This document shows positions 25,853 through 36,062 of a stretch of DNA of 64,000 nucleotides, one piece after another. The position numbers and the translations under genes are program-made. The notes below the pieces were generated by a model. The model was not told where the DNA came from and made no database searches. It saw only the letters and a program-made list of their open reading frames with translations. How positions within the stretch are numbered: position 1 is the stretch's first letter; each line of letters begins with the position of its first letter. The DNA is taken from contig JACKFQ010000002.1 in assembly GCA_020632395.1 (NCBI GenBank), positions 83,662 through 147,661 of the forward strand. The letters are read 5' to 3'. This DNA is from Candidatus Nomurabacteria bacterium (lineage in GTDB: Bacteria > Patescibacteriota > Dojkabacteria > SC72 > JAHDCA01).

Positions 25853-27232
25853 ATGAATATCAAAATCAAACGAATATTACCTAAAAGCTTTGACCTGAAA
25901 CGGTATTCCGTGATCTTAGGCTTATCACTTATCACTACGATAATGCTCGCATCAGCACTTATAGCTATGCCATATACAGAAAAGATCTCCTCCAAACTTC
26001 AATACGATCTAAACCTAAAAGAGAACAGCTACAAAGCACGAAGGTACACAGTAGAATTAGATCTGACAAATGAAGATCCTGATAAAGTGGAACAGAAGAT
26101 CGTACGCACCAAAGATATCATAATGAAACGATTACTGGATTACGGTGTTGAGAGCGTTTCGATCACTGAAGCAAATGATACAGATCCATCAGACGACATT
26201 ACAGCTGAAGTATCAAATGAAGGCATACCCGTCGAAACAACCGGATTGCAGGATGACACATCAGGCGATAAAGAACAGAAGCGATATCTTGATATACAGG
26301 TAGATACATCAAAAGATATCGACATAATAAGTCAGATCATCAGATCTAGATCTTTTATACGGATAGTCACCCCAAAGGAAGATGTTGATTTTAACAATCC
26401 CGATGACCAGATAGCCCAGTATTTACCTGATAATTATAATGATACTAAGTTCACAAGATATTCCTTTCGAAATATTGCCATAAAAGAACTACCTACCTCG
26501 ACAGGAGGTACTGCATATTTTGGTATATATAAAGTCAATCCAACAGACAAAGGGGACTTCCTTGATCTACTGGACAAATATGCAGGACAGCGGATCGGTA
26601 TAGAGATAGATGGTTTCGTATCGCCCACTTTAGTACCCTCACAATTTGACCGAGGTGCTCAAACAAATAGAAGTGTCAACCCCGAGTTTGCTCCTGTAGT
26701 TGGTCAGAACAGATCTGAAGCTCAGATAGCAGACATCCTTCTCAATAGTGGTGTTATACCATTGCAATATAGTGTGACCGACGAAGTAGATCTTGCATCT
26801 TCCGTTATAAAACCCGACTACCCTACTGCATTATTTGCTATCTTGGCTGGTGTGATCGCAACTATCGGATTTATTGGATTTAGAAATAGAAAAGAGCAGG
26901 AGGAAACAGTTATCTTCTTCCTTTCTGCGATAGGTACTCTAAGCGTTTGGATCACCTATCTTAAATTCTTCTATCTGCCAGTAGATCTAGATGTAATGAT
27001 CCTTACAGGATTTATATTGATCTATCTTGTAAAGCTATTTACATATAGACGTAAGGGAACTTTCGAATTGGAAATTGTCGTATTAGCGACATCAATAATG
27101 TTCGTATGGCTAACAGGAGGTTATACAGACCTACTAGCCAAGGCTGTGCTAGAAGTGGCGTTATTTGCGCTCATTATAGTCAATATGATGGGCTACTACA
27201 TCAATAATATCAGGAGATACCTACTGAAATGA
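25853..27232 (+). CDS. Integral membrane protein (N-terminal TM, large soluble domain, C-terminal multi-TM)
   Basis: Hydrophobicity pattern only. Size is 459 aa. Confidence 0.5.
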   Translation: MNIKIKRILPKSFDLKRYSVILGLSLITTIMLASALIAMPYTEKISSKLQYDLNLKENSYKARRYTVELDLTNEDPDKVEQKIVRTKDIIMKRLLDYGVESVSITEANDTDPSDDITAEVSNEGIPVETTGLQDDTSGDKEQKRYLDIQVDTSKDIDIISQIIRSRSFIRIVTPKEDVDFNNPDDQIAQYLPDNYNDTKFTRYSFRNIAIKELPTSTGGTAYFGIYKVNPTDKGDFLDLLDKYAGQRIGIEIDGFVSPTLVPSQFDRGAQTNRSVNPEFAPVVGQNRSEAQIADILLNSGVIPLQYSVTDEVDLASSVIKPDYPTALFAILAGVIATIGFIGFRNRKEQEETVIFFLSAIGTLSVWITYLKFFYLPVDLDVMILTGFILIYLVKLFTYRRKGTFELEIVVLATSIMFVWLTGGYTDLLAKAVLEVALFALIIVNMMGYYINNIRRYLLK

Positions 27233-27753
27233 TAGACAGCTTAATAAGACTGTTCGATATGACAACTTGGTATGAACTCAAAATACTGATCGGTGCATCT
27301 CTGATCATATCTGTGACATTCTCAGCATTCAATTATTATAAGAGTAGATCATACAAGCTGACCGCTTTTCCGATGTTATCACTTCTTTTCTCAATGATGA
27401 CATTCCTACTGCTCTCATATCTAAACGAGAAGCTGTTTGGCGAAATGGAAGGTGGTTATCTACAGGCAGGATTTTTCCTCACATTCATGATCACAACGCT
27501 TAATTGTGCGATCTATATTTTTGAATACTCATCAGAGATAAAAAAGAAATCTTTTGATCCTGATCATGTAAATAGACATCATTTTGCTTCAACATTAAAT
27601 ACAGTAGTTATGATGGTGTTACTCGGGGTATCTTTTGGATTTTTCACTCCAACAGTACTTGGACAGACAGTTGTCATCACCGCTTTATCATCGATCATAA
27701 CTGTAGCACTGAATCATCTGTATGCATTTAGATCGATCCGTGACGATCAATGA
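27229..27753 (+). CDS. Integral membrane protein
   Basis: 174 aa with 4-5 TM helices. Start overlaps the stop of the upstream gene. Confidence 0.5.
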   Translation: MIDSLIRLFDMTTWYELKILIGASLIISVTFSAFNYYKSRSYKLTAFPMLSLLFSMMTFLLLSYLNEKLFGEMEGGYLQAGFFLTFMITTLNCAIYIFEYSSEIKKKSFDPDHVNRHHFASTLNTVVMMVLLGVSFGFFTPTVLGQTVVITALSSIITVALNHLYAFRSIRDDQ

Positions 27754-28637
27754 GCTCTGACAAGAGCATAAAACACCCTATCATCGTGCTAACGGGTTGT
27801 ACTGCATCTGGGAAGTCCTCAATGGCCCTAGAACTTGCAAAACAGTACAAATGGCCCATCATCAACGCCGACAGCAAACAGGTCTACAAAGAGCTTTCTA
27901 TCGGCACAGATAAACCTATTGCTGACAAAATCATATCTGATCGACATTGGATCGTATCTGAAGTTGATCACTATCTCTATGGGTATGTAAGCCTAACTGA
28001 GGGTTACAATGTATCAAGATATCAGGCTGATGTTAGCTCTCTACTACACAACACCACAACAACTGCCTTAATGGTTGGAGGAACCGGATTATATATCGAT
28101 GCTGTGACAATGGGATTTCAACTTCCTGCCACGACTAATGATCCTGAAGATCTGTCTGACAGATCTATCGAAGATCTACATTCGATGCTCGGAAAAAAGA
28201 CCCTCGCGTTAAATCCTTCAGATAAAATGAATCGCCGAAGACTGATCCGACTGATAGAAAGCTCCGGTATGAGAGGTTCAAAAAAAGAACCACTCGATCA
28301 CCTGTATCTTGTCCTCGATCGCACCAAAGAGGATCTAAGAAGACGATCAGAGCAAAGAATTGATGAGATGTTCAATAATGGTCTCCCAGAGGAGGCAGAA
28401 ACTTTGAAAGAGCTGATCTGTAGCAAAGATGGTGTCAATGTGATCGGATATAAGGAATTTAGGGAATATTTTGAAGGAAAGATCTCGTTAATACAGGTCA
28501 AGCAGAACATACTAACGCATACAAGACAGTATGCAAAGCGTCAACGGACATGGTTTAGACGAAGAAAAGATGCGATCTTCATCAAGAACATAAGTGAAGC
28601 TAGGTCTCAGATAGAAAATTTCTTTAACGATCGATAG
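27750..28637 (+). CDS. miaA: tRNA dimethylallyltransferase
   Basis: P-loop LTGCTASGKSS and INADSKQVYKELSIGTDKP. Confidence 0.85.
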   Translation: MSSDKSIKHPIIVLTGCTASGKSSMALELAKQYKWPIINADSKQVYKELSIGTDKPIADKIISDRHWIVSEVDHYLYGYVSLTEGYNVSRYQADVSSLLHNTTTTALMVGGTGLYIDAVTMGFQLPATTNDPEDLSDRSIEDLHSMLGKKTLALNPSDKMNRRRLIRLIESSGMRGSKKEPLDHLYLVLDRTKEDLRRRSEQRIDEMFNNGLPEEAETLKELICSKDGVNVIGYKEFREYFEGKISLIQVKQNILTHTRQYAKRQRTWFRRRKDAIFIKNISEARSQIENFFNDR

Positions 28638-29164
28638 CTACCCTTTTCTGAGTGTACTAAGTGGAATGCATCTACATCAAATCGAATTTCCTTTAGTATA
28701 CTGCTGTTAAGTTCGTCTAATGAATGAGAAAGGTTTCTGTACTCCTCCTCTGACAGATCTTTCCTTACCCTTCCAAGTGTAATATGTGGAATAAACTTTC
28801 TATCTCTCCTATATCCAAGCTTTTTGGATAGGTCGTATACTAATTCTCGTAATTCTTCCGCTCCATCAAAAACTGGCATAAATACCAACTCCTTATTCTG
28901 TCTTGATATCCCCAATCTAACCTGTCGTACAGAGATCTTAAAGGACTTTCGTTTAAAATACCTTAATTTCAGGTTTAGGAGCTGTCTTTGTATTAGATTG
29001 AATTTTGGTCCAAAGAAAAGAAGTGTTATGTGGTAGCTGTTCCTGTCAACGTAGTTGACAGGAACAGCTTGATTGTCGAAGACCTTTCCTGCCTCAGCCA
29101 AGGTCTTGCTTATTTTCAGACAAGTTTCTTTATCTGGGAAAACGCCAAGGAAATAGTTCATCAC
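28607..29164 (-). CDS. thpR: RNA 2',3'-cyclic phosphodiesterase (2H phosphoesterase, LigT/ThpR-like)
   Basis: Two H-x-T-x motifs: YHITLLFFG and PHITLGRV. Confidence 0.75.
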   Translation of the reverse strand: MMNYFLGVFPDKETCLKISKTLAEAGKVFDNQAVPVNYVDRNSYHITLLFFGPKFNLIQRQLLNLKLRYFKRKSFKISVRQVRLGISRQNKELVFMPVFDGAEELRELVYDLSKKLGYRRDRKFIPHITLGRVRKDLSEEEYRNLSHSLDELNSSILKEIRFDVDAFHLVHSEKGSYRSLKKFSI

Positions 29165-30429
29165 CTAGATATCTTATCCTTACCGATAAATTCTCTCAAT
29201 ACTTCTGGAATTGTGATCGATCCATCTGGGTTCTGATATGTCTCGACTATGGCAACCATCAATCGACTGGTTGCTAGACCAGAAGCGTTCAATGAATGCA
29301 TCAATTTTGGTTTACCACCATCTGTTGGTCGATATCTCATATTTCCCCTACGGGTTTGGTAATCCCGAGCATTCGATATCGAGCTAACTTCGATATATCG
29401 GTCAAGTACAGGCAAATAAACCTCGATGTCATATGTCTTTGCCATACCTGCAGAACAGTCTCCTGCAGCTAACTTCATGACGTTGTGGTGTAACCCCAAT
29501 TTTTCAACCAGATTTGCCGCCTTATTCACTAATTCTATAAATGCCTCATCTGAGCCTTCTTCTGTTGTATATTGAAACATTTCTACTTTATTGAACTGAT
29601 GCATTCTGATCAATCCTCTCTCATTTGCACGATAACTCCCTGCCTCTTTTCGATAACACGGAGTGTATGCAAATAGTTTTCGAGGTAGCTCTGCCTCTTC
29701 CAAGATCTCATCTCTGTATAGGTTGGCAAGTGCGGTTTCGGCAGTAGGGAGAAGACACGAGCCATCCGTTGTCCAATATACATCATCTCTAAACTTCGGA
29801 AGTTGACCTGCTACATAGGCTGATTGTTCAGTAAGGAGATGTGGTGGTAGTATCATTGTATAGCCATCTCTCACATGTTCTCTGATAAAAAACTGCAACA
29901 GTGCCCACTCGAGCAAGGCTCCATCTCCGACATACATTGCCATCTGGGCACCTCCTAACTTTGCTGCCCTCTCAAAATCAAAGATCCCTAATTCATCTGC
30001 AAGTACGGTGTGATCCTTCAACTCAAAGTCGAATGTCGGTTTCTCACCAAATGTTCTTTCTATCTGATTATTCTCTTTTTCTCCCGGTAGAACATCATCA
30101 TCCGGAATATTCGGAAGTATCTCTACAGCATGTGTGAGTGCCTCATCAGCTGTTTTCACCTGATCTTCGGCCTCTTTCACCTCCGATGATTTTGCTTTGA
30201 GGTCAGCCACGAGTTTCTTGAACTCATCACTACCTTTATCTGTACTGGCCATCTTTTCATTATAAGAGTTCTGTTCAGCTCTTAGCTGTTCAAATCTCTT
30301 AAGTGCTTCTTGCTTCTTGTCGTAAAGATCTATCACTCCTTCCAGATCAAGATCTTTTAGATCCATTCTTTTCAGCAGAGCATTTCTGACATATTCGGTT
30401 TCATTGATTATTCGCTTAATATCTATCAT
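29161..30429 (-). CDS. serS: Seryl-tRNA synthetase
   Basis: N-terminal coiled-coil arm and class II motifs (TPCYRKEAGS). Confidence 0.9.
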   Translation of the reverse strand: MIDIKRIINETEYVRNALLKRMDLKDLDLEGVIDLYDKKQEALKRFEQLRAEQNSYNEKMASTDKGSDEFKKLVADLKAKSSEVKEAEDQVKTADEALTHAVEILPNIPDDDVLPGEKENNQIERTFGEKPTFDFELKDHTVLADELGIFDFERAAKLGGAQMAMYVGDGALLEWALLQFFIREHVRDGYTMILPPHLLTEQSAYVAGQLPKFRDDVYWTTDGSCLLPTAETALANLYRDEILEEAELPRKLFAYTPCYRKEAGSYRANERGLIRMHQFNKVEMFQYTTEEGSDEAFIELVNKAANLVEKLGLHHNVMKLAAGDCSAGMAKTYDIEVYLPVLDRYIEVSSISNARDYQTRRGNMRYRPTDGGKPKLMHSLNASGLATSRLMVAIVETYQNPDGSITIPEVLREFIGKDKISR

Positions 30430-30465
30430 TTGAGTACTAGTAAAATTTATGATCGAAAAGGATAA

Positions 30466-31017
30466 CTACTTTAGCCCCAGCTCGTTCTTGATCCCTCTCA
30501 TGGCGTTGATGACAGTTTCTATATGTTCATCGAGTGTGACTCCCAGTTCAGAGATACCGATCTCTATATCTTCTCGTTTTACACCTTTTGCAAATGCCTT
30601 ATCTTTAAGCTTCTTCTTGACCGATTTTACCTCAAGGTCTGAGATCTGTCTCGGCCTAGGTAATGCACATGCTACTATAAATCCTGTTAGTTCATCAACT
30701 GCAAAAAGAGCCTTGGCCATTAAGGTTGGCCGAGAGAGTGGCAATCCTCCGTCTACATGTCCAACTATTGCCTGGATCACATCCTCACCGATGCCTTTAC
30801 TTCTTAGTAACTGATATCCCCATTCTGATGGATGTTCATTACCCATCTTCTCATAATCAAAGTCGTGTAAAAGTCCTGTTATAGCCCATCTTTCTTCATC
30901 TTCGCCATATTTGCGTGCATACGCGCGCATAGCACACTCCACAGCAAGCATGTGTTTAACAAGATTTTCATTTTTTGTGTATTCTTTCACCAGTTGTAAT
31001 GCTTCATCTCTACTCAT
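30466..31017 (-). CDS. HD-domain phosphohydrolase
   Basis: H ... HD motif (LLHDFDY). Size is 183 aa. Confidence 0.65.
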   Translation of the reverse strand: MSRDEALQLVKEYTKNENLVKHMLAVECAMRAYARKYGEDEERWAITGLLHDFDYEKMGNEHPSEWGYQLLRSKGIGEDVIQAIVGHVDGGLPLSRPTLMAKALFAVDELTGFIVACALPRPRQISDLEVKSVKKKLKDKAFAKGVKREDIEIGISELGVTLDEHIETVINAMRGIKNELGLK

Positions 31018-31083
31018 GATATCCTGTCGATGATATAAAACTATTTAGCTATTATAATGCAAATGAGAACAGTTGTAAGCTAT

Positions 31084-31908
31084 CTAACCGCCAGCACTTG
31101 TATATGATCTGATAGAGAAGTTCCATACCTGTAGAGCTATGAACAGTGTTGTCACAGCAGCAATGATAGAGAACCAAACAAAGTCCCATGTATATGTACC
31201 TGATAGCAGACGTGTTGGAACTACTGCTATGAATGCGATAGGAAATATTGTGAACATGAGGATCTTTATATTCTGAGAGAATATATCGATCGGAAATGAT
31301 CCTACTTTGCTTATACCCTTTAAGAATTCGAGGATTCCGTTCTTCACTGATATGAAATTCATCGCAGCAACAGAAATGTTCAAGGAGAACCATACTATAA
31401 AGGCTGACAGCAGACAGATGATCGAACCCAATATCCCTATCCATGTAATCTCGTTCATATGACGGATCACATAGTATCCAACCATAAGAATTCCGGGAAC
31501 CGCTGGTATCGCATCATCTATAAAGAACTCCATTAAGCTGGCAGAAAATACCGAACCAGTAGGATAAAGCAACAAAAGATCAAATTCCCCCCGCAACACT
31601 TTCTCTTCTAATCTCCAAAGGTTCACATTGAATATTCCCCAACCGAGATAAATGACAATATTGTAAAACCCTACCAAGAGATAGTACTCATCTACTGTCC
31701 ATCCTCGGATATATTCACTTTCAGCAAATACAGATCTGATCAGAAGTACTTGGATCGCAACGATCAGAAACATCCTAACTACTTTTGAAAAAAACTCGAA
31801 TCGATATGTCATGGCCTTGGTGAGGCTTTTACGCAAAACTGCAAACCAAACTTTTGGGTAGTAGATGAGCAGTGTTCTCATTGTTGTTTTATATCCCTTC
31901 AGCCTCAT
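31084..31908 (-). CDS. ABC-2-family-like membrane protein (6 TM)
   Basis: Polytopic membrane protein paired with a homologous neighbour. No ATPase gene is adjacent. Confidence 0.45.
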   Translation of the reverse strand: MRLKGYKTTMRTLLIYYPKVWFAVLRKSLTKAMTYRFEFFSKVVRMFLIVAIQVLLIRSVFAESEYIRGWTVDEYYLLVGFYNIVIYLGWGIFNVNLWRLEEKVLRGEFDLLLLYPTGSVFSASLMEFFIDDAIPAVPGILMVGYYVIRHMNEITWIGILGSIICLLSAFIVWFSLNISVAAMNFISVKNGILEFLKGISKVGSFPIDIFSQNIKILMFTIFPIAFIAVVPTRLLSGTYTWDFVWFSIIAAVTTLFIALQVWNFSIRSYTSAGG

Positions 31909-32707
31909 ATCTGCGAATCGCCATTTTATATGTAAATTGGTAGATAAAAGATAGTGCCACTAGCCAAAAAAGTGCTATACCGAAGCCTCTACCTATCTGA
32001 TCATGAGTAAGATCTCCAGATATGATCTCTATGGGAAATGAGAGTACATATCTGAACGGTAGCATCTCAAACAGGAAAAAGGCTCCAACAGCTAGCACTT
32101 TGAGCGGGATATACTCTCCGGAGAGTATTGATACAAAATTTATGTATAAAGCTCGTAGACCGTATATCTGTTTGCTGAAGAAAGCTACTAAAGCGAAGAT
32201 ATTGCCCAGTATGAAATTCATGATATATCCGATCAGTAGTGCGAAAAGAAATAGGGTAAAAGAGTTGGGCGTGAGCTCATAACTTATTAGGTCTCTAAAT
32301 AGATAGTAACCGACCAAAAGAAATGGCAGTATAAGAAGTAATCGAATGGTCCTAATTGCCATACTCATACCTAGCATTTCAGACATATAGCTGAACGGTT
32401 TGACCAGATATTTTGAGAATTCTCCTTTGATTATTGAATTTGATATGAACTGTATAGACCAATCTTGTGTCAGTCTGCCAACTATCGTAACCATAAAGTA
32501 GTATGATACCATCTGATCTGCAGTAAAGTCCCTATCTCCCGTACTTGCAACAACACTCCAAAGGGTTGCGAATATCAACGGCTGTGTGGCATCAGAGATC
32601 ACCCACAGAAGGATCTGCCATCGATAGGTCAGTTCAGAAGAAATGCCCATCTTGAACTCCATCAAGGCTACTTTAAAGAATTGTGCGATCCTTGAGATTG
32701 TTTCCAT
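31889..32707 (-). CDS. ABC-2-family-like membrane protein (6 TM), paralog of the previous gene
   Basis: Similar topology. Overlaps the neighbouring gene by 20 nt. Confidence 0.45.
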   Translation of the reverse strand: METISRIAQFFKVALMEFKMGISSELTYRWQILLWVISDATQPLIFATLWSVVASTGDRDFTADQMVSYYFMVTIVGRLTQDWSIQFISNSIIKGEFSKYLVKPFSYMSEMLGMSMAIRTIRLLLILPFLLVGYYLFRDLISYELTPNSFTLFLFALLIGYIMNFILGNIFALVAFFSKQIYGLRALYINFVSILSGEYIPLKVLAVGAFFLFEMLPFRYVLSFPIEIISGDLTHDQIGRGFGIALFWLVALSFIYQFTYKMAIRRYEAEGI

Positions 32708-33301
32708 TTATGTAAATCTGATCTGTTCACTCTCTAATATACCATCCTTCTTGTTCAGGGAGGTCCTTCTCTTTATTCTGTTTCGTTTCTTTTCTTCGTT
32801 TTTTTGCGTTCTTTCACCTTTGTCAGGATCATCATTTGGAGATCTTTTGACTTTCACTGATCTACTTTTTTTAGATATTGCATCAGGTTCTTTCTGAGCG
32901 CTCTTCCCTTCGTTCGATATTTTAGCTTTATTACCTTTATTCTTTTTTCGTGTACCCTTTTTACGAGGTTTGCTTGCTGATTGGTCTTGTTTTGTGACTA
33001 TATCATCTGTCTTTCCTGCTTCTTTTCTCTCATTCTCAAGCTCTTTCAATTTCCACATAAACAATTTCCCTCTATTTTTTGCATTTGGATAATCTACAGC
33101 AAATGAAAATGCCTGCATTATCAATGCACGAGGTTTCTCTTTTGCGAGTTTGATGTATAAAGATGACCTTGCGGTATCCTCTAATTTTGAGGCGATACGA
33201 AGTCCGAAATCTTGATATTCTCTACTAACATACTTTCGTCTTTCGACGAAGTCTTTGATAAGATCATCTTTACTGGATATCAATTTCTTTATGGATTCCA
33301 T
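32708..33301 (-). CDS. Lys-rich basic hypothetical protein
   Basis: 197 aa with a low-complexity K/R-rich C-terminal half. Confidence 0.4.
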   Translation of the reverse strand: MESIKKLISSKDDLIKDFVERRKYVSREYQDFGLRIASKLEDTARSSLYIKLAKEKPRALIMQAFSFAVDYPNAKNRGKLFMWKLKELENERKEAGKTDDIVTKQDQSASKPRKKGTRKKNKGNKAKISNEGKSAQKEPDAISKKSRSVKVKRSPNDDPDKGERTQKNEEKKRNRIKRRTSLNKKDGILESEQIRFT

Positions 33302-33331
33302 TACGTCCTTTATTTTTCAGGGGTAGCCTGA

Positions 33332-34666
33332 TCACTTCAGTTTCGGGAGTCGATCAAACACTGCAAAATCTCCGTATTCTTTCAGTAATTTGTTGGCATC
33401 GTCTTCATCTCCCTGTTCCATTATTCTCAATGTGAGGTGTGATAATGCCTCGAGATCTGATGCTAGCTGAGTGTAGTCGATTGCCATCTTCCCATCTTCG
33501 ACTTTGAATGCTCCAGATCGGAATCCGATATTGAACATAACAGCGAATCCTTTTGCATAATCCAATAGAGCCCCACTCTCTTGATAATGATTACACATAT
33601 CTGTCGCAAATATAGCAAAGGCCATTAACAGATCTTGATACTGTTCTAGCGTACTAAATCCATTCAGTATGTGGTATTTTGCACTATCTAAACCTACTGC
33701 GTGTGCATTCAACTCACGAATGAAATCGTAATTCGATTTGAGTCGGCTCTCTGTACTAGAGAATTTTACCGTACCTTCAGCGATCTCATGTAATGCAACC
33801 CAATTGAACATTGCTGCACGAAGTTTCTCCACATGCTCTTCGTCACAGTTGTCACAGAAGAATTTCATCAGTGGAACATGTCTCTTATCAAATTTCATAC
33901 TCATAGATGTTGTGAAAACAACAACTTTTGTACCGTATTTCTTAACAAGCTCGGGTTCATTTGGTAGGTTAGCACTAGAAACTAAATGTGTTGATTGCCT
34001 ACCTGCAAACATCAATACATCATCTATACGTACTTGTATCTGATTTTTCTCTAATTTTGAACCAAAAGATGTTTCTGGCTGAGGGAGTCTGATGTTCTTC
34101 ATCACATCTATCATATTCAGGATATCTTGGGTGGCTGTTTGATTCAACACACGCAGATTGAACTGGAATGTTTTCTTTCTTCCTAATAGATTATCCTCAT
34201 AGGTTTCAAAAGGTCCTGCTGAGAACTCGATCTTGGTTTGAGGGTTTTCTAAAAATGCAATAAGTGAAGCTTGATAATCTCCTGCCGAACAAGCCTTAAT
34301 GACCTTATCAATATAGATCTTCAGATCAGGATCATCACTCGCATCCTTAGCTTGTGTAAGTAGAGCAGAGAACTCTTTGAGATCATCTCCGTACTCATCT
34401 ATATAATCAACTGCTTCTAACTTCCCATTGACCCGTCTAACCAATGTAGTCCCAGAGAGTAAAGCCGGATCCTTCTCTGCGGCAGCTAAAATCTCTTCCT
34501 TGGTCGCATCCTCGGGATATACGGTCAAACGTCCTGTGTCTTGATCTACTTGGCGTTGCCAGACCTTATGGATAACATTGCCGGCTTCTAAAAGTATATC
34601 AACAACTCTTCTTTCGCTCTCAGAAAGCATGCTTTTATCATACTCGAACAATCTAACGTTCTGCAT
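33332..34666 (-). CDS. Hypothetical protein (444 aa)
   Basis: Long ORF with coding-like composition and no motif I can assign. Confidence 0.45.
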   Translation of the reverse strand: MQNVRLFEYDKSMLSESERRVVDILLEAGNVIHKVWQRQVDQDTGRLTVYPEDATKEEILAAAEKDPALLSGTTLVRRVNGKLEAVDYIDEYGDDLKEFSALLTQAKDASDDPDLKIYIDKVIKACSAGDYQASLIAFLENPQTKIEFSAGPFETYEDNLLGRKKTFQFNLRVLNQTATQDILNMIDVMKNIRLPQPETSFGSKLEKNQIQVRIDDVLMFAGRQSTHLVSSANLPNEPELVKKYGTKVVVFTTSMSMKFDKRHVPLMKFFCDNCDEEHVEKLRAAMFNWVALHEIAEGTVKFSSTESRLKSNYDFIRELNAHAVGLDSAKYHILNGFSTLEQYQDLLMAFAIFATDMCNHYQESGALLDYAKGFAVMFNIGFRSGAFKVEDGKMAIDYTQLASDLEALSHLTLRIMEQGDEDDANKLLKEYGDFAVFDRLPKLK

Positions 34667-34684
34667 ATTATCCTGGTTGAAAGA

Positions 34685-35149
34685 TTATTTTATTTCCAAT
34701 ACTCGATACTCCTTTTCTACTATTCCTGTTGATACAACGACTGTATCTCCTACTCGTTTTCCGATCAAAGCACGACCCACTGGTGATTCATCAGATATCT
34801 TCTTATTGATTGGATCGGCTTCCAAGGAATTTACTATCGTATACTCTTCCTCATATTGTCCAAAACCTACCCTTACTACTGATCCTATCTCAACTTGACT
34901 AGAGTTTGGGTTATCATGAACAATATCGTAGCTTGACAGTATCTCCTTTAACTCAAGAATCCTCTTTTCTAGATATCTTTGATCCTCAAATACATCTGAA
35001 AATGTAACGTCATCCTGATCATTTGGGAGACTTCGTAGCCAATCTAAACTATCTGCTATCTTCTCTCTGCCCTTGGTTTGCAGGTCTTTTAATTCGTTCT
35101 CAAGTTGCTCGACTTTTTGGGCAGATAACTGATACTTATTTTTCTTCAT
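34685..35149 (-). CDS. greA: Transcription elongation factor GreA
   Basis: N-terminal coiled coil plus a C-terminal FKBP-like domain (SPVGRALIGKRVGDTVVV). Confidence 0.8.
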   Translation of the reverse strand: MKKNKYQLSAQKVEQLENELKDLQTKGREKIADSLDWLRSLPNDQDDVTFSDVFEDQRYLEKRILELKEILSSYDIVHDNPNSSQVEIGSVVRVGFGQYEEEYTIVNSLEADPINKKISDESPVGRALIGKRVGDTVVVSTGIVEKEYRVLEIK

Positions 35150-35227
35150 TCGGCCGATCAGACAAGTTAAGTGTTCGGTCCAAGTCTGGAGTCTTAACAG
35201 ATATTATATCCTTATTCGGATAGAATA

Positions 35228-35923
35228 TTAAGACTTCTTTGCATGCTTTGTTTCTGTTATTATATCGATCCTGTTACTTCTGGTCGTTTTTTCTGACTGA
35301 GCTTTTCTCCAGGCTGTAATTCTAGCATGATTTCCTGAAAGTAACACCCCGGGAACCTTCCATCCATTAAATTCCTCAGGTCTGGTGTAATGAGGATACT
35401 CCAAAGCCCCCATTTCAAATGATTCTTCTATAGATGACTGTTCGTTTCCTAGTACACCAGGAACAAGTCTCGTCATGCCGTCAACTAACACCAATGCTGC
35501 AAGCTCACCTCCAGACAAAATATAATCTCCTATGGAAACTTCGATATCAACGAGATGCTTATGGACTCTCTCATCAAAGCCTTCATAGTGTCCGCACAAT
35601 ATAATATAGTGATCATCACTCGTGGTTAGCTTACGCATCAATGACTGATCGAGCCTTTTTCCACGAGGTGTAGTTAGTACGACTTTACTCTCTTCTCTCT
35701 TTAACTCTCTTAATGCCTCATAGATGGGTTCGATCCTCATAACCATTCCTGCACCACCACCGTATGGTCTATCATCCACACTCTTATGGACATCACGGGT
35801 CCATTTACGTAGGTCGTGCACAAAATAGCTTACTAACCCTTTGCTTTCTGCTATCCTACTAACACCGTATTTCAAATGATCCTCTACCTGTTCAGGGAAG
35901 ATCGTGATTATGTCAAATCTCAT
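35228..35923 (-). CDS. trmD: tRNA (guanine37-N1)-methyltransferase
   Basis: MRFDIITIFPE start and the TrmD fold motifs. Confidence 0.9.
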   Translation of the reverse strand: MRFDIITIFPEQVEDHLKYGVSRIAESKGLVSYFVHDLRKWTRDVHKSVDDRPYGGGAGMVMRIEPIYEALRELKREESKVVLTTPRGKRLDQSLMRKLTTSDDHYIILCGHYEGFDERVHKHLVDIEVSIGDYILSGGELAALVLVDGMTRLVPGVLGNEQSSIEESFEMGALEYPHYTRPEEFNGWKVPGVLLSGNHARITAWRKAQSEKTTRSNRIDIITETKHAKKS

Positions 35924-36062
35924 GATCGTTAACTGAGTAACGCTGTATTATACATACTGGTTGAGATTTTCACACCCCCGTAGGATATGTGTAATATAGC
36001 AGTCAGATGCCAAATGATTCTTGACATAATTTGACGGTTCTCAACCTGGGTTTGACACACTT

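Noticed and set aside
33332-34666. HEIAE (HExxE) in the 444-aa hypothetical as a metalloprotease motif
   Set aside because: A single short motif without the downstream Glu/His context of zincins, so it is not enough to call a protease.
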